A stretch of DNA of 64,000 nt from a virus. The first letter of the stretch is position 1, and each line of letters opens with the position of its first letter. The stretch lies in IMG/VR virus record IMGVR_UViG_3300035682_000005; one strand, 5' to 3'. The position numbers were made by a program, and so were the translations under genes. Positions 19,181 through 28,768 of the stretch are shown here, piece after piece. A model generated the notes under the pieces. It was not told where the DNA came from, did no database searches, and was given only the letters and a program-made list of their open reading frames with translations.

Positions 19181-20190
19181 AAACATTGGCTGAAGTTGTC
19201 AAAAAGAAAACAGCTGTGTTTGCATTTGGTCGAATGAATCCTCCTACCATGGGTCATGAAAAACTTATTGACAAAGTAATTGCAGTGGCCCGCAAAGAAA
19301 ACGCAGAGCCATTTATTTTTGTTTCTCACACACAAGATGCAAAAAAGAATCCACTGACAAGCACACAAAAAGCAAAATACTTGAGACTTGGTGTGCCAAA
19401 AGCTGAGAAGTATATTAAAGCAACCGCATCAATTAAAACACCATTCGATGCGGTTGGACATCTTATAGATCTTGGTTACACAGATGTAATCATGATTGCT
19501 GGTGATGACCGTGTGTCAGATTTTAAAAAGTCTATTGGCAGTTATGTAAATCATCCAGATCCAGCTAAAAGTTTAAATCTTAATTCGTTCAAAGTTGTAA
19601 GCGCCGGTGCCCGTGATCCTGATGCTGAAGGTGCCGAAGGTATGAGCGCAACAAAAATGCGCCAGGCAGCAGCATCAAATGATTTTGTCACATTTAAACG
19701 CGGCGCCTTGTCAAATCTAAGTGACAAATATGCTCGTGAGTTGTTTGATGCCTTGCGTAAAGCAATGAATATTGTAGAAAAGGTAGAAGACATCCAGCGT
19801 TTAAAAAATACACTAAACATTCCCCGCAAAAACATGCCTCAAATTAAACGTGAGCATATACCAGATTTTATTAAATTGCTCAATACCCACGGCGTGACCG
19901 TTGCAAAACGTAGTGTGAGTGTGCGAAATTTGAAGCCAACACAATCAGAAATTAATATGAACAAGGTGCGAGAAAAGCACGAAAAATTTGTTAATGGTAA
20001 AAAAGAGCCAAAGCCATTTATTGTTTCTTACGACAACTTCATATTAGATGGACACCATCAGTTGTTGGCACTACAAACTTTGGATAAAGACGCGACAGTA
20101 TCTTGTTACATAGTTAGTGTAAAGATGAAAGACCTGTTGCAATATGCGCATGAGTATCCAAAGACAACATATAAAGATATTGACGACTAA
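19177..20190 (+). CDS. HIGH-type cytidylyl/adenylyltransferase fused to ParB/Srx-like domain
   Basis: FGRMNPPTMGH, AGDDR, SATKMR; C-terminal LKPTQ..ILDGHH. Confidence 0.8.
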   Translation: MKTLAEVVKKKTAVFAFGRMNPPTMGHEKLIDKVIAVARKENAEPFIFVSHTQDAKKNPLTSTQKAKYLRLGVPKAEKYIKATASIKTPFDAVGHLIDLGYTDVIMIAGDDRVSDFKKSIGSYVNHPDPAKSLNLNSFKVVSAGARDPDAEGAEGMSATKMRQAAASNDFVTFKRGALSNLSDKYARELFDALRKAMNIVEKVEDIQRLKNTLNIPRKNMPQIKREHIPDFIKLLNTHGVTVAKRSVSVRNLKPTQSEINMNKVREKHEKFVNGKKEPKPFIVSYDNFILDGHHQLLALQTLDKDATVSCYIVSVKMKDLLQYAHEYPKTTYKDIDD

Positions 20191-20200
20191 ATATAGCACT

Positions 20201-20521
20201 ATGAAAGACTTCAAAACATTCATACAAGAAGCAACAGACGGACCTCCATCAGCTGAAGACCGTGTCCGTGAGCGTAATACGCGTGACAAAGGTGCACTCA
20301 AAGTTCGCCAAACCAGAGAACTTGAACGTGCTCGTGAACAAGACTTTAGAAAGAAAGAAGCAGACCGCAAAGCTGTGGAAATAAAAAAGAATGCAGAGCG
20401 ACTGAAAGAATCTGATGCTGATGTAATCAATGATCCAGATGCTGAAGCCGTAAATGAATATGTTGAAGATGGCACAGATGAGGCTGTTGCGGCATATAGA
20501 AAAGCTACGCCAGGGATCTGA
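20201..20521 (+). CDS. putative internal head protein
   Basis: MKDFKTFIQE; TAAATA 7 nt upstream; GTDE..YRKATPG. Confidence 0.65.
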   Translation: MKDFKTFIQEATDGPPSAEDRVRERNTRDKGALKVRQTRELERAREQDFRKKEADRKAVEIKKNAERLKESDADVINDPDAEAVNEYVEDGTDEAVAAYRKATPGI

Positions 20522-20551
20522 TATACATAGTAGTGAAATGATTTTTGTTTA

Positions 20552-20833
20552 ATGGAGAATAATATGAGTAATGATACAGCAGAAGCAACACAAGAAGCAG
20601 AAGTTACAGCAGCACCTGAACTTCCAACGCTTACATCTGAACAAGAAATTGCAGCCCTTCGCAGTGTACATGACTTTCTTTCTAAGTTTGATCGTGTGCC
20701 TGGATTTCTTGCCAATCAATGGTCGCAAGCACTTGATACGGTAGCTGTTGTTGCAAACTCGCTTATTAAGAAAGCACAAGAAAACGACACAACAACTACT
20801 GAAGCTGAGTCTGATGAAACTGTTACTCAGTAA
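20552..20833 (+). CDS. acidic hypothetical protein
   Basis: ORF track; GGAG before second ATG. Confidence 0.6.
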   Translation: MENNMSNDTAEATQEAEVTAAPELPTLTSEQEIAALRSVHDFLSKFDRVPGFLANQWSQALDTVAVVANSLIKKAQENDTTTTEAESDETVTQ

Positions 20834-20851
20834 TTTCTGTTGTGAGTTATT

Positions 20852-21037
20852 ATGCCATACTACGAATACGAATGTAAGAAGTGTGGAATCATAGAAGTTC
20901 GCCAAAGCATCACAGATAACGCATTGAAAACCTGCCCAGTCTGTGATGCTCAAATTAAACGCATTCTTTCGGCGACAGCTAATCCTCAATTTAAAGGATC
21001 TGGTTTCTACACAACTGATTATGTGAAGAAGACGTAA
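20852..21037 (+). CDS. FmdB-family zinc-ribbon protein
   Basis: MPYYEYECKKC..CPVC..FKGSGFYTTDY. Confidence 0.88.
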   Translation: MPYYEYECKKCGIIEVRQSITDNALKTCPVCDAQIKRILSATANPQFKGSGFYTTDYVKKT

Positions 21038-21906
21038 TGTCAATCGTTGCTTGCAAATATTTTGACGACATCGGATGGGTCATAGCAAAGAATCGTGACA
21101 GAGTATATAAGCCTGTGATTCGTGTGCGCAAATCTTTTCGCACCAATGTTGAACGCCTGTTGTTATGGGACCAAAAGACAAAGTACACTGAGGGTGTTAA
21201 TGAACACGGTGTTGCAATTGTGTCTGCCAGTATTTCAACAACAACAGATGAGATTGAAGGTGCAATTGCAACAAAGTACAATTCACGCCTCACAAAAACA
21301 CCTCGCGTGTACTACTCACCGGACGGTTTGAGAATTCGCAAAGCACTCTTTGAGAAAACCGCGTTCGATGCGATTCGCAAAGTTATTGAATTTCAAATAC
21401 CAGGTAACACTATTGTTGCAGACAAAAACAGATGCTTTCTAATTGAAGCTGGGTTTCTCAACACAAACGAGTATGTGTATGAAGTTGTCGAAGTTCCAAC
21501 AACTCATATTGCTGTTAGAACAAATCATGGTATTTTTTTACCTTGGACTGGCTATAGTGCTGATGTGCCACAAGAAGTAACAAAGCGCAAAAGTTCTGAT
21601 GTTCGATATGAAAAAGTAAACGAAGGTCTAAAACGTGCTTCCACGTTTGATCAACTCATTGATGTGCTGTCACTCATAAATGACAGTGATCCACAAATGA
21701 ACCCGTTGCGTGTAGATCCAAGAAAGGGTGCAATGCGCACATCAGGGCAGATCTTCATTATTCCAAAACACAAAACATTACACTACAGACCTATCTGGTG
21801 TGATACCGTGTTCAATCTGGATAAGCTAAATACAGTCAACGAAAAAACTTTCTTTGAAGTAGTGTCAACAAGAAAGTTGATAAGTTTTACAAATCATTCC
21901 ATCTAG
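21037..21906 (+). CDS. Ntn-hydrolase-like protein
   Basis: AKNRD, EGVNEHG, VRTNH, S..R. Confidence 0.7.
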   Translation: MSIVACKYFDDIGWVIAKNRDRVYKPVIRVRKSFRTNVERLLLWDQKTKYTEGVNEHGVAIVSASISTTTDEIEGAIATKYNSRLTKTPRVYYSPDGLRIRKALFEKTAFDAIRKVIEFQIPGNTIVADKNRCFLIEAGFLNTNEYVYEVVEVPTTHIAVRTNHGIFLPWTGYSADVPQEVTKRKSSDVRYEKVNEGLKRASTFDQLIDVLSLINDSDPQMNPLRVDPRKGAMRTSGQIFIIPKHKTLHYRPIWCDTVFNLDKLNTVNEKTFFEVVSTRKLISFTNHSI

Positions 21907-21913
21907 GAGAGTC

Positions 21914-23029
21914 ATGGCATCTATTAAAGATATATCCAAGTCACTTATTAGTGCAGTAAGTGAAGTTGTTTCCAAGAGTTCGGAAACTCGTACTAAATTG
22001 AAAAAGACATTGTTTAGTGAAGCACTAAAGAAGTTTAAAGTATCGTCTGCATCGGAGTTGTCTGAGCAAGATAAAAAAGCGTTCTATGCGTATGTTCAAA
22101 ATCAACTGACAGAAGCTGATTGTTCGTGCGACTCAATGGATGAAGATGATATGCCTGGAGATGAAGTATATCACACTGCTGGAGATGAAGATGCTAAGAA
22201 AAAGAAAGAACTTGGTGAAAACGAAGACGAAGAAGATTCGAGCGTTGAAGCCACCGACGCTGAAGAGAAAGACGATCTTGAAGAGCGTTGCTGGGACGGC
22301 TACAAACCTACGCCTGGTGTAAAGGCATATGAAAAGGGCTCTTGCGTCAAAGAAGGTGCAGACCCCGATGAGCTTGCAACAAATGGTGCCCTTGGCGTGA
22401 CTGATGCTTCAAAGCAACTTCCTGTTCATGCTGATGTTCTTAGAGATTCTTCTCCAGTCGATGGAACAACAGAATACAGACTCTTTGCACAATTCAACAC
22501 AAACACGTTGCCACAGATTGTTCCGCCAGTAGTTTTACCTGGTGCTCCAACGGTTGATGCACTTCGTGATATTGTTGAAGGTCTTCCTTGGTTCTGTGAT
22601 GTGTGTGAAAGGGCACTTGCTGACGCAAGCGACTCTCCCCATCAAAAAGTAGCAGACGAAACAACTGAAGATATTACTGAAGCAGCTGTTGTTACTGATC
22701 TTGATAAGAAAACAATCTCTCTTATCAGAAGAAGTGTTCAAAACGCAAAAGTTGGCGTTATCAAAAATAACGTTAGCTACTCATTAGAAGTAGAACAAGA
22801 TAGTGCAAAACTTACTGTTACCCTTGAGCCAAGTCCAAAAGCTCCCGGCAAACTTGCCTGGGCTGTGCATGATAATAGTGGCGTGCGAGAGCCAGTATAC
22901 AGCGCAATTTTTGTACAAGGTGACGAACGCACAAGCCTGTTAAAACTTCAGTCATTGTTGTCTGACATCGCCCGCCGCGTCCCAACAAAATATTACAACC
23001 CTGAGTATAACGCACATTCGACGAGATAG
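21914..23029 (+). CDS. acidic putative prohead core/internal protein
   Basis: AGGAGA SD; acidic tracts, CWDGY..C motif, several L/I-x-E sites. Confidence 0.6.
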   Translation: MASIKDISKSLISAVSEVVSKSSETRTKLKKTLFSEALKKFKVSSASELSEQDKKAFYAYVQNQLTEADCSCDSMDEDDMPGDEVYHTAGDEDAKKKKELGENEDEEDSSVEATDAEEKDDLEERCWDGYKPTPGVKAYEKGSCVKEGADPDELATNGALGVTDASKQLPVHADVLRDSSPVDGTTEYRLFAQFNTNTLPQIVPPVVLPGAPTVDALRDIVEGLPWFCDVCERALADASDSPHQKVADETTEDITEAAVVTDLDKKTISLIRRSVQNAKVGVIKNNVSYSLEVEQDSAKLTVTLEPSPKAPGKLAWAVHDNSGVREPVYSAIFVQGDERTSLLKLQSLLSDIARRVPTKYYNPEYNAHSTR

Positions 23030-23032
23030 TAT

Positions 23033-23620
23033 ATGAAGTCGTTTCGTACATATTTGATAGAAAATGTTCAGACAGATGGTGATGTTGCGGTTACAACTGC
23101 TCTTCCTGAAATCTATCTTGATATGGACGAAACGATTGTAGACTGGATGAAAGGTGCCGATAGCGCACTTGAGCGCGCCGGCAAGCCATCATGGAATGAT
23201 CCGTACTGGACAGAGAATCACACTGAAGAAGAGGCTGAAAAGATTAAGTGGCAAATTCTTAACACAACACCAAACTTCTGGGAAGACCTTGACTTTTTAC
23301 CTGACGGTAAAGCCCTCTGGAACTTTGTGAAGAAGTACAAGCCACACATTCTCAGTGCCTGTGGCACACTCGCTACTACGTGTAAGAATGGCAAGAAACG
23401 TTGGTTAGCAAAGTTTTTAGGGTATAAAAACCTTGGTAACATTCATCTTGTAAAGCGTTCACAGAAAAAAGATTTTGCTGTTGTTGATGGTACGCCCACA
23501 ATACTTATTGACGATTTCATCAAGAATTGTCAAGAGTACAAAGCTCATGGTGGTCTGGCAATTCAGCGCACAACTACTATAGAAGTGATTAGTAAATTAA
23601 AGCGTCTGGGATTCAAATAA
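23033..23620 (+). CDS. HAD-family 5'(3')-nucleotidase-like phosphatase with capsid-targeting N-terminus
   Basis: MKSFRTYLIE; YLDMDET, ILSA, GK..W, LIDD. Confidence 0.8.
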   Translation: MKSFRTYLIENVQTDGDVAVTTALPEIYLDMDETIVDWMKGADSALERAGKPSWNDPYWTENHTEEEAEKIKWQILNTTPNFWEDLDFLPDGKALWNFVKKYKPHILSACGTLATTCKNGKKRWLAKFLGYKNLGNIHLVKRSQKKDFAVVDGTPTILIDDFIKNCQEYKAHGGLAIQRTTTIEVISKLKRLGFK

Positions 23621-23653
23621 ATAAAGTATAACTTTTAATTGGAGATAATTGAT

Positions 23654-24511
23654 ATGGCACTCTGGGGTAAAGAAGATAAAACAACAGCTCGACCAAAATC
23701 AGTTAAGCTAAAAGCCAACGGCACACTTGCTCATGATGCATCTGGCAAGAAACTTGTATACTTGTCTAAAGAAGAAGCTATTGCAAACTCTACTAAGGGC
23801 GCCTCTGGTGCTGGATGGTACACGGTTCTTACCACTAAGAAAGGTACAGCCGAAGAGCGCACACGTCTTGAACTTCTTATTGCAATCTCTGATGAAGATA
23901 GAGAGTCAATTAATAATGTTGAGTTTATAGAAGCAGATTTATTTAATAGTAATGTTCTTGCTAATGGTGGTGCCGCTCCTGGAATAGAAGATCCTAATGG
24001 TCGTCCTGGATGGTATTTCAAAAACGATTCCTCTGGAAAAAAGGTTAATTGGTATTATTTTGATGGCCAAGCTCACGATATAAATTTGAGTGATTTTTCT
24101 GCGTATGCTGTAGTCACTCTTGATTCTACAACTTCACGTCCATTTTTAGCACTGTATAGCAAACCCACAGGAGCCGGAGATATTATACCTGGGTTTGCTC
24201 GCTCAAGTAGGGTATATACTTGGCCAGCAGGCGCCGTTGCGGGAACAAAATATTTGATATATTTTGGACAAAATCCTAATGTTCATTTAGACTTACCAAG
24301 AGTTGAATTAACACCAGGAATAACTAGAGGACCTTTCCTACCTACAGAAAAAGTGGCAACTATATCTTTGCACTCTGACTCAGGATCTTCTGTAAATACT
24401 GTTCAGTTTGTTGTAGAAAATTTGGGTATTAATTCTACCACAGTGAAAGCTGACGTGGAATTAAAACTCGATGCTAGTGACGTAACTGAAGACGATGCTG
24501 GCCTAGAATAA
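23654..24511 (+). CDS. putative virion structural protein
   Basis: TAAATA at 23618, GGAG SD, MALWG start, beta-rich. Confidence 0.6.
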   Translation: MALWGKEDKTTARPKSVKLKANGTLAHDASGKKLVYLSKEEAIANSTKGASGAGWYTVLTTKKGTAEERTRLELLIAISDEDRESINNVEFIEADLFNSNVLANGGAAPGIEDPNGRPGWYFKNDSSGKKVNWYYFDGQAHDINLSDFSAYAVVTLDSTTSRPFLALYSKPTGAGDIIPGFARSSRVYTWPAGAVAGTKYLIYFGQNPNVHLDLPRVELTPGITRGPFLPTEKVATISLHSDSGSSVNTVQFVVENLGINSTTVKADVELKLDASDVTEDDAGLE

Positions 24512-24551
24512 TCTTAAACAGAACATTGTTGTAGCTATATGATGTGAACTA

Positions 24552-24965
24552 ATGTTAAATGAATTTGTTGAAAATATGAGCTTGCATTTAACTGAAAAAA
24601 ATATTGTCATGTATGCCATGAAACACTACGACAATGTTCAGTGCATTGACATTGATGAATTTTACGATGACCTTAAACGCATCAACTACATCAAGCGTTT
24701 ATTTATTCGATACCAAACAAACACTGAACTCAAAGAGAGATTGATTCTTAATCACTTGATCATTTTGTTTAATGTGTTTCCAGTTGAAGTTGCCACAAAT
24801 CTTTTGTTCTTCAAGATTGACAGCGATCACTGGTCACAACTCAAAACGTTTCTTGTATACTTAAACTTTATGCCAGACAAACTCACGTTTTTAGAAAACT
24901 GTGAGATTCTGACAACTGATATACCACTCGACTCACACATCATAAATGTTTTGAGGAGCTTATGA
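24552..24965 (+). CDS. conserved T4-like hypothetical protein
   Basis: YAMKHYDN.QC..EF.DDLKR..YIKRL, ERLILNH. Confidence 0.75.
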   Translation: MLNEFVENMSLHLTEKNIVMYAMKHYDNVQCIDIDEFYDDLKRINYIKRLFIRYQTNTELKERLILNHLIILFNVFPVEVATNLLFFKIDSDHWSQLKTFLVYLNFMPDKLTFLENCEILTTDIPLDSHIINVLRSL

Positions 24966-25312
24966 GAACTTACTTTCAATTTATTACTGAATCAAAAGAC
25001 TTTTCAAAAGAAGATGCACAGCGCGTTGGTGACAAGCTAGACGTGGATTGGAACAAAGTTGACATCGAACAGTTTAGAATTGGTCTAAGTGTTGAGAGCG
25101 AGCATGATGATGGTTCTGAACTTGATGTTGTTGGATCTGAGAAAGATTTGGGTAAAATAGTTCTAGCACACCTCAAGGAACTTCCAGACTACTATACAAA
25201 ATTAAAGCAAGTTGACGAAGATGGTGTTCCAGTAAATTCGATCTCTGGTGGTGGAATTGCAAACATTCAAGAACCACTCATTCGCAAAAAACCAAAAAAC
25301 GAAAGCAAATAG
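24962..25312 (+). CDS. DUF5661-like protein with capsid-targeting N-terminus
   Basis: MRTYFQFITE; QFRIGLSVESEH..AHLKELPDYYTKL. Confidence 0.7.
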   Translation: MRTYFQFITESKDFSKEDAQRVGDKLDVDWNKVDIEQFRIGLSVESEHDDGSELDVVGSEKDLGKIVLAHLKELPDYYTKLKQVDEDGVPVNSISGGGIANIQEPLIRKKPKNESK

Positions 25313-25393
25313 TCCCATTAAAAAATTGATAATTCCTATACTTGTGTTACTATTACATGTGGGTAATAATTGGATATTATCATAAATACTTAT

Positions 25394-25729
25394 ATGGATG
25401 ATGAGACGAACGACAAAAAGCCAGACAATCTTTTTGATTCTTTGGGGCTTGAAGTTAAGTTTGGTGATGTAGAGGTGGGTCAAACATACCCTATCTACGG
25501 AATGATAACTGAGATACTTTCGGATACGCCAGGTAATGTTGTTGTAAAAATCAACCACAACATCGAGATGCGACTGAATGTTGAAGATGTCGAAAAATTG
25601 GCTCTTCTTAAGAGAAGGTGTTTTGAACCAGGTATCTTTGTTTGCCTTGTTAATGAAGTTGATCCTTCTGTGAAAGGCGACTGCACCACAGTTGTATTTG
25701 GTAAAAACACTACATCGGAAATGCACTAA
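25394..25729 (+). CDS. hypothetical protein
   Basis: TAAATA 5 nt upstream of ATG. Confidence 0.6.
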   Translation: MDDETNDKKPDNLFDSLGLEVKFGDVEVGQTYPIYGMITEILSDTPGNVVVKINHNIEMRLNVEDVEKLALLKRRCFEPGIFVCLVNEVDPSVKGDCTTVVFGKNTTSEMH

Positions 25730-25730
25730 T

Positions 25731-26066
25731 ATGGAAGGTTTTGTTAAATTACGAGATGACTTGTTTTCTAGCATCAAACAACTCAAGTCATCCATTGATG
25801 ATGCTATGAACAATATGTCAAAGATGTATGGTAAAGATCATTATGCAATTCAAAGATTGAAATCGTACTATCCCGCGTTAGACAAACAACTACAGTATGC
25901 AAACGAACTGGACGAATCAATGCGCAACGGAAAACATGAAGAGACTGCACAAGCTATTACAAGAATACATGCAATCTCTGATATGATTCGCGCTGATGCC
26001 AAGTCACTTTTGAATAGTCTACACACAGGAAAGGATATTATGCCAGACACAAATACACTTAACTAA
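25731..26066 (+). CDS. hypothetical helical protein
   Basis: ORF track; tight operon packing. Confidence 0.55.
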   Translation: MEGFVKLRDDLFSSIKQLKSSIDDAMNNMSKMYGKDHYAIQRLKSYYPALDKQLQYANELDESMRNGKHEETAQAITRIHAISDMIRADAKSLLNSLHTGKDIMPDTNTLN

Positions 26067-26073
26067 AAAACAC

Positions 26074-26463
26074 ATGCGAGCGTTTTTCATTTTTAATAAC
26101 CTGAAAGTGAATACGTTTGCTCTTCAAGATCAGCCGTTTCCTGGTTTTGAGCTTTTGACTTGGGAGCACGAGTCATTTGTTGATGGAACATTATGGGACA
26201 TTGGTATCGATGCTGGCTATACTCCGATAGGTATAACCAAAGTTCACGGTCAACTATGGTTGGCACAAGACACGCAACAGATATCAGAGCTTGAATATTT
26301 CTTAGGTGTTCAATCTGGATTGACTGAACCAATGAACACAAAAGCCTATATACAAACACACGATGTTGCTGAAAAAGTAGACGCCGTAATATATAGATTG
26401 AGAAACATCGATACGAACTACCTCATAGTTCACGATGGAAAGTGGATGATTAAACGGTCGTGA
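26074..26463 (+). CDS. gamma-glutamylcyclotransferase-like fold protein (degenerate)
   Basis: GTLWD..VHGQLW..LEYFLG..GKW resembles GGCT/AIG2. Confidence 0.5.
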   Translation: MRAFFIFNNLKVNTFALQDQPFPGFELLTWEHESFVDGTLWDIGIDAGYTPIGITKVHGQLWLAQDTQQISELEYFLGVQSGLTEPMNTKAYIQTHDVAEKVDAVIYRLRNIDTNYLIVHDGKWMIKRS

Positions 26464-26464
26464 T

Positions 26465-26896
26465 ATGTTGACAAGTATATTATTGTTTTTGAACAAATTG
26501 TGGGACAACAGAATCGTAATAGTGCTAGGTGCATTTGGTGTTCTTATCGCCTCGTTTTACCTATACTACACTATCGCATCAAGTAGAATATACGAACTCA
26601 CTCGCCAGAATCAAGAACTTCAGATCATCATTGAACAACAGAAGAAAGCAATTGAGCAGATTCAGCGCGATTACAAACAAGTCATTGAATCGAAAGACGA
26701 GTTAAACAAACAAATTCAAGACACACAAACAGAAGTTCAAGAACTTCGTGAGAAGTTGTTTAGAGAAAATCAAGGCAAGCGACCTCTCGAAGAGCTTGCA
26801 ACAAAGAAAACAACTCTGATTGAAAAGAAGATCAACAAAGCCACTCAAAATGTTTTGAGTTGTCTTGAACTCTTAACACGCGGAGGCGATTGCTAA
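26465..26896 (+). CDS. inner-membrane spanin (Rz-like)
   Basis: N-terminal TM, long coiled coil, C-terminal Cys; abuts lipoprotein gene. Confidence 0.7.
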   Translation: MLTSILLFLNKLWDNRIVIVLGAFGVLIASFYLYYTIASSRIYELTRQNQELQIIIEQQKKAIEQIQRDYKQVIESKDELNKQIQDTQTEVQELREKLFRENQGKRPLEELATKKTTLIEKKINKATQNVLSCLELLTRGGDC

Positions 26897-27243
26897 TGAA
26901 AACGTTGTGTTTAATTCTCTGCCTGTGTTTATCTGCATGTTCAACGACGTATACAACACCAGTTGAACGACCTCGGCTAGATCTTCCACCACCACCGGCA
27001 GTGACTCTTCAATCAGTAAAGTTTCATGTTATTCACAAAAACAATGCTGATAAGTTTTTTAATGATCCAAGCAAATCACCAAAAGATTCTGTTGTAGTTG
27101 CATTGAGTGTGCAAGACTACAAGAAGATGTCACTTAACCTAGCCAAATTGAAAGCATATATAAAATCACAGCAAAAGATTATATCGTTGTACAAGAGATA
27201 TTACGAGGCGAACAAAAATGGCAACAAAGAAGCGCAAAAGTAA
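26896..27243 (+). CDS. outer-membrane spanin lipoprotein (Rz1-like)
   Basis: lipobox LSA-C, Pro-rich segment. Confidence 0.72.
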   Translation: MKTLCLILCLCLSACSTTYTTPVERPRLDLPPPPAVTLQSVKFHVIHKNNADKFFNDPSKSPKDSVVVALSVQDYKKMSLNLAKLKAYIKSQQKIISLYKRYYEANKNGNKEAQK

Positions 27244-27421
27244 AAAGACTGACGAGCAAGCAGAAACGGTTGAAGTCACACCAAAAAAGTTGGATGTATC
27301 TTCTGTAGAAGTTACTAAAGCTCCAGTGCCACCTTCTCGTCGTTTGTTTCCATCATCACTCATTGCGGAATTGGATGCAATCAAAGCACGACTCGATGAG
27401 ATTGAGAAAAAGTTGAAGTAA
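27218..27421 (+). CDS. hypothetical protein
   Basis: basic N-terminus, C-terminal coiled coil. Confidence 0.5.
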   Translation: MATKKRKSKKTDEQAETVEVTPKKLDVSSVEVTKAPVPPSRRLFPSSLIAELDAIKARLDEIEKKLK

Positions 27422-27473
27422 GCCAATTTAATATTATCTTGCCTGAGCCTGGCAATTTGATATACTGCGTTGC

Positions 27474-28484
27474 ATGTTATATGTCGATTTGAAATACGTT
27501 ACGACTGTAGGTATACATCTTCGCAACTTTAAGAAAAAGAAAGACAACCTCTTCAATTGTTCGTGTCCTATTTGTGGTGACAGCGAAAGAAAAAAGTCAA
27601 AAGCTCGCGGCTACTTTTATCAAAAAGGCACTTCGATGTACTTCAAGTGCCACAACTGTGGTTCTGGTCTTGGCGTTGCAAACTTTCTCAAGAATTACTT
27701 TCCTGCATATCACGAACAATACTTGCTTGAGAAATACAAATCTGGTGTAGACACAAAGAAGACAAAAGCATCAGTTGAACCTGTAACAAAAATTGTACTA
27801 TCGAAGTTTTACTCTGAGAAAGCAATTAAGTTGTCTGAGATGTCAGATGAGCACTATGCAAAGCAGTATGTAATTCGTAGAAAGATTCCAGCCGAGTATT
27901 ACTCTCGACTTTTTTTTACTGATGATTTTGCTGGTCTTGTTGATGATGTGTTTCCGGGCAAATATGAGAATCTTCAAAAAAACGAGCCTCGACTGATTAT
28001 ACCATTCTTTGATACACAGAACAATCTGACTGGTTTACAAGGTCGTTCATTCTCTCCTGAGAAGTCGCTCCGATACATAACAATTCGTGCGACGAGTAAT
28101 ACTGATTTAATATTTGGTCTTGAGCGATTTGACCCATCAAAAACTGGTTATGTTGTTGAAGGTCCAATCGACAGTTTGTTTTTGCCAAACTGTATTGCTG
28201 CTGCCAATTCTGATCTTGCGTCTGTTATTGATAAAACTAAAAACGACAACTTAGTTCTTGTATACGACAATGAGCCGCGCAATCGTGAGATCGTGAAGAT
28301 GATTGAATCATCAATCAACAAGAATAAAAAAGTTTGTATCTGGACGTCCAACATCGTGCAGAAAGATATAAATGACATGATACTATCTGGCACATCATTG
28401 CGCGATATACAACACATAATACAAAAACGCACGTTCAGTGGTCTTGAAGCACAGTTGGAGTTTTGTAAATGGAAAAAAGTGTGA
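27474..28484 (+). CDS. 61: DNA primase (gp61)
   Basis: CPICGDS..CHNC zinc finger, EGPIDSLF, DNEPRN, KDINDM. Confidence 0.95.
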   Translation: MLYVDLKYVTTVGIHLRNFKKKKDNLFNCSCPICGDSERKKSKARGYFYQKGTSMYFKCHNCGSGLGVANFLKNYFPAYHEQYLLEKYKSGVDTKKTKASVEPVTKIVLSKFYSEKAIKLSEMSDEHYAKQYVIRRKIPAEYYSRLFFTDDFAGLVDDVFPGKYENLQKNEPRLIIPFFDTQNNLTGLQGRSFSPEKSLRYITIRATSNTDLIFGLERFDPSKTGYVVEGPIDSLFLPNCIAAANSDLASVIDKTKNDNLVLVYDNEPRNREIVKMIESSINKNKKVCIWTSNIVQKDINDMILSGTSLRDIQHIIQKRTFSGLEAQLEFCKWKKV

Positions 28485-28726
28485 GTTCTGTAGAATCATT
28501 TTGTTGGTTGCCGGTTGGATATATGACAGCATTAATGGTTGGTAACACCCCATCAAATTTTATAGAAGTGGATGGACAATCATTATCAAAGATTGAGTAT
28601 GCAGAAGTCTACGAAGTTCTTCGTGGATCTGTACATGAAGATGCTGATAACTTTTTCTTGCCAAATAGACAACACCTGAACGAAATGTTTAGCCTGTCTG
28701 CCAGAATTTTTATAAAAATCCGATAG
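28469..28726 (+). CDS. stand-alone tail collar-like domain protein
   Basis: PVG..P..F..DGQSL..Y..Y..F.LP pattern. Confidence 0.55.
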   Translation: MEKSVSSVESFCWLPVGYMTALMVGNTPSNFIEVDGQSLSKIEYAEVYEVLRGSVHEDADNFFLPNRQHLNEMFSLSARIFIKIR

Positions 28727-28768
28727 TGTCAAATATACATAGTACAGATATACTATTGTGTGTTTACC

